NCBI GenBank assembly: GCA_964368275.1
Contig: CAYJAQ010000005.1
Location: 1 to 39,825, forward strand
Source: an uncultured Staphylococcaceae bacterium
GTDB lineage: Bacteria > Bacillota_I > Bacilli_A > ML615J-28 > CAG-313
Reading direction: 5' to 3'
Length of the DNA: 39,825 nt
Of this stretch, positions 12,801-19,440 are shown piece after piece. Made by a program: the position numbers and the translations under genes. Each line of letters starts with the position of its first letter. The stretch's first letter is position 1. Below the pieces are notes generated by a model, which had not been told where the DNA came from, made no database searches, and worked only from the letters and a program-made list of their open reading frames with translations.

Positions 12801-13797
12801 AATCAGTATGATAGATGATCTCTTCATCATAGTAAACATTAGTTAATGTACCTGATCCAACTTCTGAAGTATTACTGATAATAAACGGATAACGGTGACT
12901 CGCATCCGATAGAATAACTGATGTTGAGGTAATGTAGTTAACAGCAACATAACAGTTAGAAATTACTGGATTATCTGTAGGGACAACCTTGTAGTTAAAG
13001 CCAGCAAGAGGAGCCGTAATGGTGTATGAACCTTCACAAGTTATACCAGCATTATCACCTCTTAAGTCTTGAACAAATACGTGGTCAATTGTTCCCCGAT
13101 TTTCCCCAACAACTGTTGAAGTTGATGAGAAGAAATATTCACCAAAGATATCGACAGTTTGAATATTATTTGCGTCGACAAAACCAACATTACGGATTAT
13201 TCCCGTATTTTTGGAAAATAGAGCGAAATATTCTAGATAGTTTTCTTCATCTTCTAAGAAGTGATTAGCATAGTCAGTAGCATCATCGATCTTATAGAAG
13301 AATAAGTCTGAGATAATAAAACCTTGACCATCAAAGATACCACTAAAAGGTGCACTTCCCCAACCAATTGGCTTGATTAATTTGAATGTTCTTGATGCTT
13401 CAGTATAATCAATGTTTTGACCAAGTACGTAGTGATAAGTTAAGTAAGAATTTTTATATTCACTATTACAAAGCTCACCAAAATAGTAAAGGTCAAGACC
13501 ATTGTTAATCTTAATAACCGTTTGTGCATTAACAATACCGACAGGATTACGCGGTGTCATAGTATTACCACTAATCGTGTATAGTTCATCAATATCTAAA
13601 TATACTACGGTATCATCATCTTCTATTGTCACAATCTCCGATAGACTACTATTCCAAGAAGTCGCAGCGAGTTGTTTTTTGTTCAGTAATTCTTTGTTTG
13701 GAGCAATATTACCAACAAATAAACCAACTGATATAATTACTAAGATGATTGTTAACCCAATCATCGTAAAGTTTTTAACTATTCTTTTTGTTCTCAT
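3820..13797 (-). CDS. Giant (~3325 aa) surface protein: N-terminal TM/signal, GLUG/beta-helix region, alpha-helical region, C-terminal Ig/cadherin-like beta-sandwiches
   Basis: Start moved to ATG 13797 (MRTKRIV) after GGGAGG, abutting the upstream stop. It has a hydrophobic N-terminus, the motifs FSGIFDGQG, YGLFGALGGTIQNL and GGIAGY/GGILGY/GGVIGY, and repeated NxGxI. VQAEDTTVTQEYTV and ITVTAENGTTKLFT resemble cadherin-like strands. No LPXTG or C-terminal TM. Confidence 0.85.
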   Translation of the reverse strand: MRTKRIVKNFTMIGLTIILVIISVGLFVGNIAPNKELLNKKQLAATSWNSSLSEIVTIEDDDTVVYLDIDELYTISGNTMTPRNPVGIVNAQTVIKINNGLDLYYFGELCNSEYKNSYLTYHYVLGQNIDYTEASRTFKLIKPIGWGSAPFSGIFDGQGFIISDLFFYKIDDATDYANHFLEDEENYLEYFALFSKNTGIIRNVGFVDANNIQTVDIFGEYFFSSTSTVVGENRGTIDHVFVQDLRGDNAGITCEGSYTITAPLAGFNYKVVPTDNPVISNCYVAVNYITSTSVILSDASHRYPFIISNTSEVGSGTLTNVYYDEEIIYHTDYMRYDGITPLQTTDFQNLTNFNVDNNWYTNATYTSETGSTNYNSYLHLVYPNLLGFDVRIHNNKNYFVINSAPKLIYFSNVLQYSPFRIANYLITDTCDMAMVSDGAFLLSNNIFQGTLDGSVQDNVDALSVVFADGNTSTNSAIINLNIYEGISYNGYHNYGLFGALGGTIQNLNIYNVNIIPQDLVGYGANSFSEITNFGILCGDLIGGTIDNVNVEGTININSGSTDNYMGTVYAGGIAGYSERGIIRNSTASGKIIGSLQSVTTNLTPSAIGGILGYNNNCNEISNCLSAVEIEAIRYRTTTNIHQYVGGVIGYALSNSSYELQNNGNIYVGVTLANKSYNEANAYYYGRIYMGGVIGLLQNATGTNGLYLNNADLYYYVNDNNYRTYISGVMNVISTVAMPYDVTSSETTPAAIQAAVDAVNVFSFSSVSSSGTLYIENQLSASKQTAKLELAPDSTITNGIDIRAAGLVYSYLTQLDFTGLYTLNFKYSANYRCTQAGGVYTVGTILDKAQYLALSIEERAKFVFVEDTKPTNGAQEIDVSMLDEYAPCVNSDNKVTKINSTMYVETNQLLASSQTFHFDTPTIETHIDVKRGYNYRNISYITNKTVLFYTLQLSGNLNGRNFSVDNLRNDGDINLLFSVASASTLINAYQNYYGDDKKIKLFGCLEEINLDCRATNVYNGGDITISSTATTQNDLMVVFSLYVAGICYKNVGNDDSVTDEGLMLSSGYVGSLHNSINNGDIRVTNEAGKSGYFYGQSRIGGITCFNCSTISSSYNLGDISNINYVYAPSATYGSYGGEFEVETGGFCFIMQNDPLNENGTLYTRANIIDSANNGTIISATTSTGGWINAGGFVVRNERCESGPTIENDTTLNVNPNEQRIEYCINYGDIYAYNPRTNQNDALTGDEPDCKAAGFVCLGVCTIVDVINYGKIMSNKVAGGMYGYVFFSRMIAGSTIETANGTKVYIANAINYGAIARFEFGDEVVNNLIAGTTDNITALPYNRTYPTGALIGMARSAGYNNATYRTSVVFNCLNIKNLVNFYDDANMVGRTAFFHGMNDTNSYTNFETNMNAGDYTAVTNAFRYMATTKNIDSSPYPFGNCDESTWQANGTTYGIKAYYKSTEVGDTTVADTYSKAYNGGIFNTNYTLRSAPALLDVNGNVVTDQTLADPNNTDNFIADYIQFVPYSKVNEYLIDKINLSANIYENAVSALLENAEALDKVVVAYLNDSNDTQINTIYNAVLSHSSFNSAKTSLHADYNALVSLLSELMANHPNDDAIYNVLINIINASGATPTSLFGSSDALYEVIVQALRNVPAANPIYATLFNTLINNPTYLANYIATQPAEEVSTNVAAYLNALSATDRDTLFTTLCENTYIVEALASATYDHNSLFNTLLANVDSAVITSLYNAASGVATPDANFLASAAAGLSNANLTTVLNYLLTNITTITNTTVNNDKNNFGLSSNGKTEVLSNRYNTTANITNIYTAATTTDATRAALYNNLKTNHPDVFNILMSGIEAEGYVYIPADAVTINTQYASEVEGQGQLIDSTRGSVVNDNYNSTGAEVYTGKYTNTSGATIANKTLATFTWCNTSALDRYRWNSNRMQPVTSTWYTPNFQKDVSSSVISYVYYTLNGTYYQSPTYGTYVRVPNTQGTPYSDLTVLSAISDSSKATIMTRMMTNYNTLSATDRAITDAVLADYYYSSATLTKAHFSSSVADLSAADKLSMVLYLIRTYPAAATYFTGVLDTYLDERSIITATAASNSTYYVTVMNQIASGLTATEKMAYITAITGNSDSAAAICYKEQLSTIADTDTEKKEVIMRAASNDLDYFEDMLSTFKANGLLENSDVLLYFNALIAPTGNRTYLDTLINSLTLTREDKIALIGAYASHDATLLRYVMNTYYGVNLDSNDYENLLNAVATKANLDQSQFTDYVGIYALASSYGIQNGMFIPDNINLINLDPYEIDGANEYNDPTWRGGTLEDPNAYLMTDTDKVNYKVFYMMKQLKKSISTVVFKIELVDDVTNPDLVVTNDIDTDYDIENSVIDFYIPSNADELKQDYLYINTSDGSYELAFRASFNTTPAIVINGTTETYSVGDIITQDFVVQAEDTTVTQEYTVRIHVTAPKSVDSLNSIVINGATQLVVGTNYSIIDRNALLTYAGASAPYVHAEAGKIAVSYNTYNIPGGTDMAGALKLYSYSNNNTYPTNFTNILDYCTPVSNELWHLDDATSNNGIVNMEEDARYYIGTGEYNGSWVIMNGNVVARQAIGELTYDVAFNDQLPGGIYMLEFIVNAETKYYTIFQKESSSAADVLFISYNSSSFDNVDRLNSNVNSPSTVEYGQTITASLLQEFDDYAIVSADSKYQITTTLGTMLDITISPRAQGYTVGNVSWTRTDGYITYAVPITVTAENGTTKLFTYYLKEATLTGDLTSTYEDGRTIFDSNTTTPNVFDYSFAKYSSPSYSVYYDMNNFYFEGDSQYLSIELTNAEAILNTLNEDYMEEIDRVAFDGMTLQAIDALSDAEKLTRRIAALKTLAFVTTVTEGDHVMIDFMATAPSATYQFAVTYQNSNEFTAGDNISWTYDFDAIYITKDKNLDSYLEAISFVSDTVVTALDTIASPTTVAVFTDPATPVAGYVDYNTLVANLNGERRIISLPSKIFYNEYDQDINKQDEIYIIGLVDRTAISEYSPTFTLPEDSYIYLTTTINNVVYRRVMYEYTNNTSGTPVTEAEVFLVNEAGTSIVTNDGTVIATGVDVSTFTYNGIVYTVSDYAGTSNTANIGLLFDFSNMKEVSGVAGINEEFNYANYRVYSEAFDPNNVNVLHYTDFKISVQDITNNVIINVFIELDDTMSAADQANFTNTVYNRYLFLLLSNFQATEENPTVYDQFNNMMGAFVYYDSATRVFTITKYRTNTSGRYEIDFDLPDGFTFSFEAFKKGAYVDNGVAGEDLDILNSITSQVIDLYIKIEKSAAVTIDWGQHFESKLTEYVPA

Positions 13798-13798
13798 A

Positions 13799-14509
13799 TT
13801 ATGCCTCCCATGGTAACTGGGAAATATTCCAAATTGCTTCATAACGATTAGCTTGCACTAATTCTAAAACAACCCCGATTGAAGCTAAACAAGTCTCTAC
13901 GTAGTTACGACTAACTGACGTATTATAACCAATAGCTCCATCAGTAAATGGAATTGTATTTAACCCTTTTTCAATGACTTTGGTGTAATAGGCATAACCA
14001 GTTGCTTGATCATACATCCAATCACTAGTTGGTAATTCGACGGTTGATGTCGCATTAGGAACTAGATTGTAAGGAAAATCACTTAAAGCGTAAACCGCTT
14101 CGACAACAGGATCTCTTTGAACAGTTATATAAGTTCTTGTTAAAGTCCATTCAGTGTTAATCTTCACTCTTAGATATGCACGAATGTCCGTATTTACTAA
14201 GACATCTAAATGCAAATCTTCGACAAAGTATTCACCGACTTGTTCAGCAGCAGTATACTTACTCTTCAAAACGCCATTCAAAGATAGAATACCTTTATTT
14301 TCATCAAACAATCCATCAACTGTATAGAGGTTTTGACCGTCAATAGTTGGAATTGCTTTTGCTTCAAAGTCACCAATATTGATATTAGAATTACGATTAG
14401 CTTCGGCCGATAGCCAGGCTAATGTGCCACTTGTTAGACATACCAGAAGAACAACAGCTGCTACAAATAAGCAAAGTAAAGCATTATGTTTTATTTTAAT
14501 CATTTGCAT
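13799..14509 (-). CDS. SipW-cognate signal peptide protein (TasA/BsaA-like fibre subunit)
   Basis: Signal ends SGTLA-WLS. Core motifs are AYLRVKI, WMYDQATGYAYY and C-terminal LVQAN. It lies in the same operon as sipW. Confidence 0.75.
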   Translation of the reverse strand: MQMIKIKHNALLCLFVAAVVLLVCLTSGTLAWLSAEANRNSNINIGDFEAKAIPTIDGQNLYTVDGLFDENKGILSLNGVLKSKYTAAEQVGEYFVEDLHLDVLVNTDIRAYLRVKINTEWTLTRTYITVQRDPVVEAVYALSDFPYNLVPNATSTVELPTSDWMYDQATGYAYYTKVIEKGLNTIPFTDGAIGYNTSVSRNYVETCLASIGVVLELVQANRYEAIWNISQLPWEA

Positions 14510-15257
14510 AATCTAATGTTCCTCCATAATCATCAATTGCTTGAACAGTTTTAATATTCATCGCAATCGTAAATGTTTGGGATAAATAGTTGGCTTGACT
14601 AGTGGCAGAAGTCGCGCCAAGATTGTAATAATCGCCCCAAACAACTAAGCGTAAATTAAGACTTCCTGTAGGACCTAATTTAGTTCCTGTATATAGATTC
14701 TGAAGGGTAGTGGTATTATATGTCGTAATAGCACTCCGGACAGCCGTATCCATTGCTGTAAACGGTGCACTTTCCGTACTAGCAAGTTGGCTAGTAAAGT
14801 CAGCTACTGTTGTCCATGTTTCACTATCAGCATACTTCCAACGTAACATACCATCGGTTGTTTCAACATTAATAGCTTTAGTCGGATCGCTATCAACTAT
14901 TACGAAGAAAACCAATCCTTCAACTTCAGGAATCTTAATATTTGGTCTAGTATTAATATTGTTGTTACACACAATATTTATTTTTATTTCTGATGACATG
15001 GCGTCTAATAGTTTAAATCTATCAAGCACTAAATCATCTTTACAATGAATATAAGCTAAGTCATCTAAGTCCGATGTTAAGGTACTGTTGATTGTAACAT
15101 TACCCGTAACGGTTGTTGTCATCTGTAAAGTATCAATTTGATACTCAATTATGGATTGTTGTTGATCAGTTAAGAAACTATACGTAGTACCTATTAACGA
15201 AGCAAAAGCCACTAGCATAGCTAATATTAAAATTGTTATTTTAAATTTTCTATTCAT
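14496..15257 (-). CDS. SipW-cognate signal peptide protein (divergent TasA/BsaA-like subunit)
   Basis: Signal ends GTTYS-FLTD and the C-terminus has KTVQA. Start set at ATG 15257 after AAAGGTGGTG. Confidence 0.72.
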   Translation of the reverse strand: MNRKFKITILILAMLVAFASLIGTTYSFLTDQQQSIIEYQIDTLQMTTTVTGNVTINSTLTSDLDDLAYIHCKDDLVLDRFKLLDAMSSEIKINIVCNNNINTRPNIKIPEVEGLVFFVIVDSDPTKAINVETTDGMLRWKYADSETWTTVADFTSQLASTESAPFTAMDTAVRSAITTYNTTTLQNLYTGTKLGPTGSLNLRLVVWGDYYNLGATSATSQANYLSQTFTIAMNIKTVQAIDDYGGTLDYAND

Positions 15258-15295
15258 GGCTTTCACCACCTTTCTTAGGTTACTAGTTTTTATTA

Positions 15296-15829
15296 CTAGT
15301 CTTCTTTATTTTCAACTTCCGCATTTTGCTTTGATGAATGTTTTAATTCCTTTACTAATTTTTCAATTACAAAAGCTAAGATGATAACAAGGATAAGGGC
15401 AATTATGAAATACTTATTTTGAAGAGTCAAAACAAGATAACCAATTACCGGAATAGATCCCATTGTTATACCTATAACTTGATCTGGTGTGATTGCTGAA
15501 TCAGCAACCGCTCCATCAATGATACCTTTAGTTGTAATTGTTCCTGCTGTTTTATCGATAGCGATAATACGATGCGTAACAATTACATTGTTTTTAGTGT
15601 GGTAAGTAATGTCATCATCAATGGCTAGAACATCAAGTGCAACGCTTGCATCAATATTTTTTACGTAAAGTAGCGAACCTTGATGAATATCGGGTTCCAT
15701 ACTTCCGGTTCTGACAGCATATGACTTAATACCACACATTAGTAATATTACTTTTGTAATGAGAAGGGCTAAAACAATCCCAACAGCCGCTCTAAGCACC
15801 CAAGTGCCAACTGTTGTTGTTTTTCTCAT
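15296..15829 (-). CDS. sipW: Signal peptidase I, SipW (ER/archaeal-type, S26B)
   Basis: N-terminal TM, VRTGSMEP (catalytic Ser), VTHRII (catalytic His), TKG...D, and a C-terminal IPVIGY plus TM. Confidence 0.9.
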   Translation of the reverse strand: MRKTTTVGTWVLRAAVGIVLALLITKVILLMCGIKSYAVRTGSMEPDIHQGSLLYVKNIDASVALDVLAIDDDITYHTKNNVIVTHRIIAIDKTAGTITTKGIIDGAVADSAITPDQVIGITMGSIPVIGYLVLTLQNKYFIIALILVIILAFVIEKLVKELKHSSKQNAEVENKED

Positions 15830-15834
15830 GTTAA

Positions 15835-16434
15835 TTAAGCAGTTAAACCAGTTTCAAAACTGAATGATGCAAGATCAGCCCAAGTTACATAATCAGCTTG
15901 TTTTGCTTGAACAGTTATTGCAACTGTGTACACTTTACCAGAGAATGTATTTCCAACAATTGCCCCATTGAATGCCATTCCACTAAGTGGATCTGCTGTA
16001 AGAGCAACACCCTCTGTAGTATTAGTCGCAGCTGGAATTATAGTAGGTGCAGCTTCTGTACCGTAGTAAACATATTCACCATCAAGCACCCAGCCAGTTG
16101 CTAATGTTAATAAGATAACATCAGTAGCGGCATTGGTTCCACAAGCAACTGCTCCATTTACACCAACTTCACTTACACTATATTTAACTCTAATATTTGA
16201 TGCTACATTTGATTTGTTGGTAATTACAAATCCGGTTGCGTCAAATAAAGGTTGGCCAGGAACAACTACACCATCTGATGTTGCACCAAATGTTACATCA
16301 TATGTAACATCACCAATTGTATAAGTGTTTGTTGCTGCTTTTTGATCTGTTAACCATGCATAAGTTGTGCCTACGATTCCTGCAAGTAATACTACTGCTA
16401 ATAATACTAAAACGATTGTTAATTTTTTCTTCAT
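15835..16434 (-). CDS. SipW-cognate signal peptide protein, candidate major fibre subunit
   Basis: MKKK...GIVGTTYA-WLTD signal, then VVPGQ, ITNKSNVASNIRV, WVLDGEYVYY and VQAKQ. AAGGAG RBS; lies immediately upstream of sipW. Confidence 0.85.
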   Translation of the reverse strand: MKKKLTIVLVLLAVVLLAGIVGTTYAWLTDQKAATNTYTIGDVTYDVTFGATSDGVVVPGQPLFDATGFVITNKSNVASNIRVKYSVSEVGVNGAVACGTNAATDVILLTLATGWVLDGEYVYYGTEAAPTIIPAATNTTEGVALTADPLSGMAFNGAIVGNTFSGKVYTVAITVQAKQADYVTWADLASFSFETGLTA

Positions 16435-16481
16435 AATTCTTCTTCTCCTTTAATTCTTTTTTTATTTTATTTTTACTTGGA

Positions 16482-17132
16482 TTATCCTTCAATAAATCCA
16501 ATGTTTTCCCAAGCAACAAAATCATATTGTTTAGCTTGTAAGTAGATTGTGACTACTACATCTTTGGTAGCAAAGTCACTTCCTGTTGTGTCACCATTGA
16601 ACATCAATGATGTAAAGACATTAATTAATGCACCGGTTTCCGGATCAGGTACAACTATTTTGTTTTTACCTGCATCACCCTCACCCGTTAGATAGTACCA
16701 GTAACCAACACCATCAACTGCCCGATACTCCCAAAGAGGATTTTCACCGTTCTTTGACATTTCCCCAATTAATAAATCACTAGGAGAACCTGTAAATTCA
16801 ACTTTTCTTGTTTCGGTTCCATCTCGGTAACTCGCAAATATTTGAATTCGTAGTTCAGTGTCGATACTTGATAGATTCTTTAATTGGTATTCACGATTTG
16901 CACCGTTTTCTTGCGTCATTAATTCCTCGCCCGGAATGATGAGTTCATTTTCAGATGTTATTAAATAATCTGATAATGGATCTAGTTCATATTTAATCTC
17001 ACCAGCGATTAAGGTTATTGTGCCTGTTCTTTCAACAGTTACAAACCATGCATAAGTAGCGGTTACTAGTGATATTGCTGCTACCGCTAAAAGCAGCAGT
17101 AGTAATAATGGTTTCTTACTTCGCAAGTGCAT
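16482..17132 (-). CDS. SipW-cognate signal peptide protein, paralog of 15835-16434
   Basis: ATYA-WFV signal, then IIPGE, LKNLSSIDTELRI, DGVGYWYY, LMFNG and LQAKQYDFVAW. Start is ATG 17132 (TTG 17126 is an alternative) after AAAGGAGG. Confidence 0.8.
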   Translation of the reverse strand: MHLRSKKPLLLLLLLAVAAISLVTATYAWFVTVERTGTITLIAGEIKYELDPLSDYLITSENELIIPGEELMTQENGANREYQLKNLSSIDTELRIQIFASYRDGTETRKVEFTGSPSDLLIGEMSKNGENPLWEYRAVDGVGYWYYLTGEGDAGKNKIVVPDPETGALINVFTSLMFNGDTTGSDFATKDVVVTIYLQAKQYDFVAWENIGFIEG

Positions 17133-17164
17133 CACTCCTCCTTTCAAGAAATTGTACTTATTTC

Positions 17165-18001
17165 TTATTGATTTTCTGATGTTTGATTAGAAACAATTAC
17201 AATGTTATCAACTAATAATTGTTGACCTACATAGACATTACTATTAGGAGCTGTGGTTCCAGCTAAGAATGTCGGTAAATTAGCTTCACTCTTAAATTCG
17301 ATTTGGAAATATATCACAAAGGCAGACTTTGTACCCGTATTAATATCTAGTGGTACATTATTAAGTAAACCATAATCAGTTTCATCTGTATCAGTTGCCT
17401 TTGTATCATTATAGCTCTTAGGGATGGCTGAGTTTCCCTCATATGTTCCTGTTTCATAGTAAGTACGTTTCTCCTCATCCGTCCAAGTTACCCAACCCCA
17501 CTCATTGATTTCAGCAGATGTTGGTAATGGATTTTCTTGATTAACTTCCGTCATTTCTAAGCTAGATTGGGAAGGAATCCAATAAGCATTTAGTATTTGA
17601 TACTCATATGCATATTGAATCTTATTCTCAGGATTTGCTGAATAATCAGTCGAAAGTGTTCCATCACCAGTGTCATAACCAGAATGAACATTGGAAAAGA
17701 AAACCGTTATTTCACCTGCAGCATCTGTGTCGTTAGAAACTGATAGAACAAAAGTTACCTTTTGGCCAGGAATTACTTCACGTGTTTGGAAAGCTTTACC
17801 CGGTTCATAGGTATTGTTAATTATTTGTCCAAACTCATAGCGAGAGTCAAATTGGCCTACTTGGGCAATGGCGCCACTAGTATCAGCCTGTTTTGTCATT
17901 GCTAACCATGCAAAACCGGTAGCAGCAAAAGCTAAGAGTGATGCAATTGATGCAATAAAAGTTGTGATTAATAATCGATTAGCGAATATCTTCTTAAACA
18001 T
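17165..18001 (-). CDS. SipW-cognate signal peptide protein, first gene of operon B
   Basis: ATGFA-WLAM signal, VIPGQKVTFVLSVSN and C-terminal NSNVYVGQQL. Start is ATG 18001 after AAAGGAG; the track start at 18028 sits at the end of the riboswitch terminator. Confidence 0.8.
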   Translation of the reverse strand: MFKKIFANRLLITTFIASIASLLAFAATGFAWLAMTKQADTSGAIAQVGQFDSRYEFGQIINNTYEPGKAFQTREVIPGQKVTFVLSVSNDTDAAGEITVFFSNVHSGYDTGDGTLSTDYSANPENKIQYAYEYQILNAYWIPSQSSLEMTEVNQENPLPTSAEINEWGWVTWTDEEKRTYYETGTYEGNSAIPKSYNDTKATDTDETDYGLLNNVPLDINTGTKSAFVIYFQIEFKSEANLPTFLAGTTAPNSNVYVGQQLLVDNIVIVSNQTSENQ

Positions 18002-18028
18002 TTGTGCTCCTTTCTGCTTTTTTAACAT

Positions 18029-18069
18029 AAAAAATAGCCAGCATCATTTATTACAAATGACAACTGGCT
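18029..18069 (-). terminator. Riboswitch expression-platform terminator (operon B)
   Basis: AGCCAGTTGTCATTTG-taa-TAAATGATGCTGGCT followed by ATTTTTT. The 5' arm overlaps the 3' end of the aptamer. Confidence 0.85.
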
Positions 18070-18130
18070 ACCATTTTCAGGCCCTATAGCTTTGCGTCCC
18101 TGGATTTCTCTAGGTTTGCCATTAACATTC
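18055..18130 (-). ncRNA. c-di-GMP-I (GEMM) riboswitch aptamer, predicted transcriptional ON switch
   Basis: Minus strand GAAUGUUAAU-GGCAAACCUAGA-GAAA-UCCAGGGACGCAAAGCUAUAGGGCCUGAAAAUGGUAGCCAGUUGUCAUUU matches the GEMM consensus: GGCAAA, GNRA loop, GACGCAAAGC, GGGCCU...GGUAGCC. P1 pairs as GAAUG/CAUUU. Confidence 0.93.
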
Positions 18131-18145
18131 CATTTTTATATACTT

Positions 18146-18174
18146 ATTTTACCATAATGCTCATGTTTTGTCAA
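18146..18174 (-). promoter_or_regulatory. Sigma-A promoter of operon B
   Basis: TTGACA (18174-18169), a 17-bp spacer ending in TGG, then TAAAAT (18151-18146), just upstream of the riboswitch. Confidence 0.88.
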
Positions 18175-18333
18175 GCATTAATAATCTATAATAGGAATAA
18201 TTTGTTGGATTACAAGTATTATTATCCTTCAAAAGTTGAAAAAGATCTAAATATGGTACCTATATGTATAAAATATGATAATTTTTGTTTATTTTAAAGG
18301 TTTCTACTTCATCAACAAATTGATATAAAAAGC

Positions 18334-18363
18334 AAAAAACTCTAGGCTTTTAGACCTAGAGTT
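18334..18363 (-). terminator. Rho-independent terminator of operon A
   Basis: Minus strand AACTCTAGG-tctaaaag-CCTAGAGTT followed by TTTTGCTTTTT, about 11 nt past the stop at 18375. Confidence 0.85.
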
Positions 18364-18374
18364 GACTATATTAT

Positions 18375-19439
18375 TTAATCAGTAATAAATTCTATCATAA
18401 CAAATATTTTATTAATCGTAAACGCTTCTCTTAATATTTCTTCTCGATAACGTTCTACATAACTAGCAATTTCAGTTAATGTACTCGTTAGGTCAATACT
18501 TCGCAGGTAATCTAAGCCACTAAGCAAATTATCGATTTTTGTAGTATTTTCTTCATTAACCTTTAAGGCATCAAGACTAGTAATAATGCTATTAATTGTA
18601 CTAATTAACTGCGTATTATTTTCACTAGTTAGTAAATTCGCAATACTTGCTAATTGATCATTAACCGCCGTATAAGCGGGATTAGTTAAGTAATCAGCCA
18701 AATAATCATTATAACTTTCACTAATATATTTTTGATATTGTTTAGTATAGTAGTTATTGTAATAATCTTGATAGCATGAGTAAGCTTCGTTATAAGTAAT
18801 TGAAGTAATATGAAATTTAACCTCAGCGATTTGGTTAACACCAATTGAGACATCTTCAAAGTACTTATCACCATTGCGCAAATCATACATCCATTGATCA
18901 CTATAAGTTACATTAGTATAATCACTAGGTAAATAAGCGCCAATTAGTTTATTATTGTAATCACTTATATTAAAAATATCAACAGAAATATCATTTATTT
19001 CAAATAACACTAAGCTTTCATTGTTGAGATAATTTAATTTGTCAAAAAATGCACAAACGTTAATTGGATAATTACTTTCATTCTTAATTACCAAATTATA
19101 ACTTATTATCTTACCAACCATTAAGTTATCAAAAGTTTTAGTTTCATTTGTTTGTTGAATTAAATAATTACCTTGTAAAAATTCTGCTTTTGTTCTTGTC
19201 TCTTGATTAACAATTTGATTGCCTTCATACCATTGATCAAGAACACCATTTTTATCAAAGTCTTTACCAATATACAAATCGGCTGAAACTTGTGCTATTT
19301 CATTATCAATATTATCAGTTGTTATTTCAACAATGGTTTCACGATAATAGGTATTAACCAACCAAGCATAAGTAATAGATCCTAAGGCTAGCAAAGCAAG
19401 AAGAATCATTAGGGTTGAAGTAATAACTTTTTTCCGCAT
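18375..19439 (-). CDS. SipW-cognate signal peptide protein with a Tyr-rich helical insertion
   Basis: GSITYA-WLVN signal, LMVGKIISYNLVIKNESNYPINV core and a DFDKNG loop. Start is ATG 19439, abutting the upstream stop. Confidence 0.78.
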   Translation of the reverse strand: MRKKVITSTLMILLALLALGSITYAWLVNTYYRETIVEITTDNIDNEIAQVSADLYIGKDFDKNGVLDQWYEGNQIVNQETRTKAEFLQGNYLIQQTNETKTFDNLMVGKIISYNLVIKNESNYPINVCAFFDKLNYLNNESLVLFEINDISVDIFNISDYNNKLIGAYLPSDYTNVTYSDQWMYDLRNGDKYFEDVSIGVNQIAEVKFHITSITYNEAYSCYQDYYNNYYTKQYQKYISESYNDYLADYLTNPAYTAVNDQLASIANLLTSENNTQLISTINSIITSLDALKVNEENTTKIDNLLSGLDYLRSIDLTSTLTEIASYVERYREEILREAFTINKIFVMIEFITD

Positions 19440-19440
19440 A

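Noticed and set aside
13798-13842. ORF-track N-terminal extensions (also at 1882, 3707, 15269, 17147, 18028, 19448 and 35543)
   Set aside because: Downstream ATGs have proper RBS spacing and, for the exported proteins, give normal signal peptides. The extensions overlap upstream genes, the RBS itself or the riboswitch leaders.
15280-15300. ACTAGT-N7-ACTAGT at the end of sipW as an internal terminator
   Set aside because: The stem is short and AT-rich, overlaps the stop codon, and has no U-tract on the minus strand.
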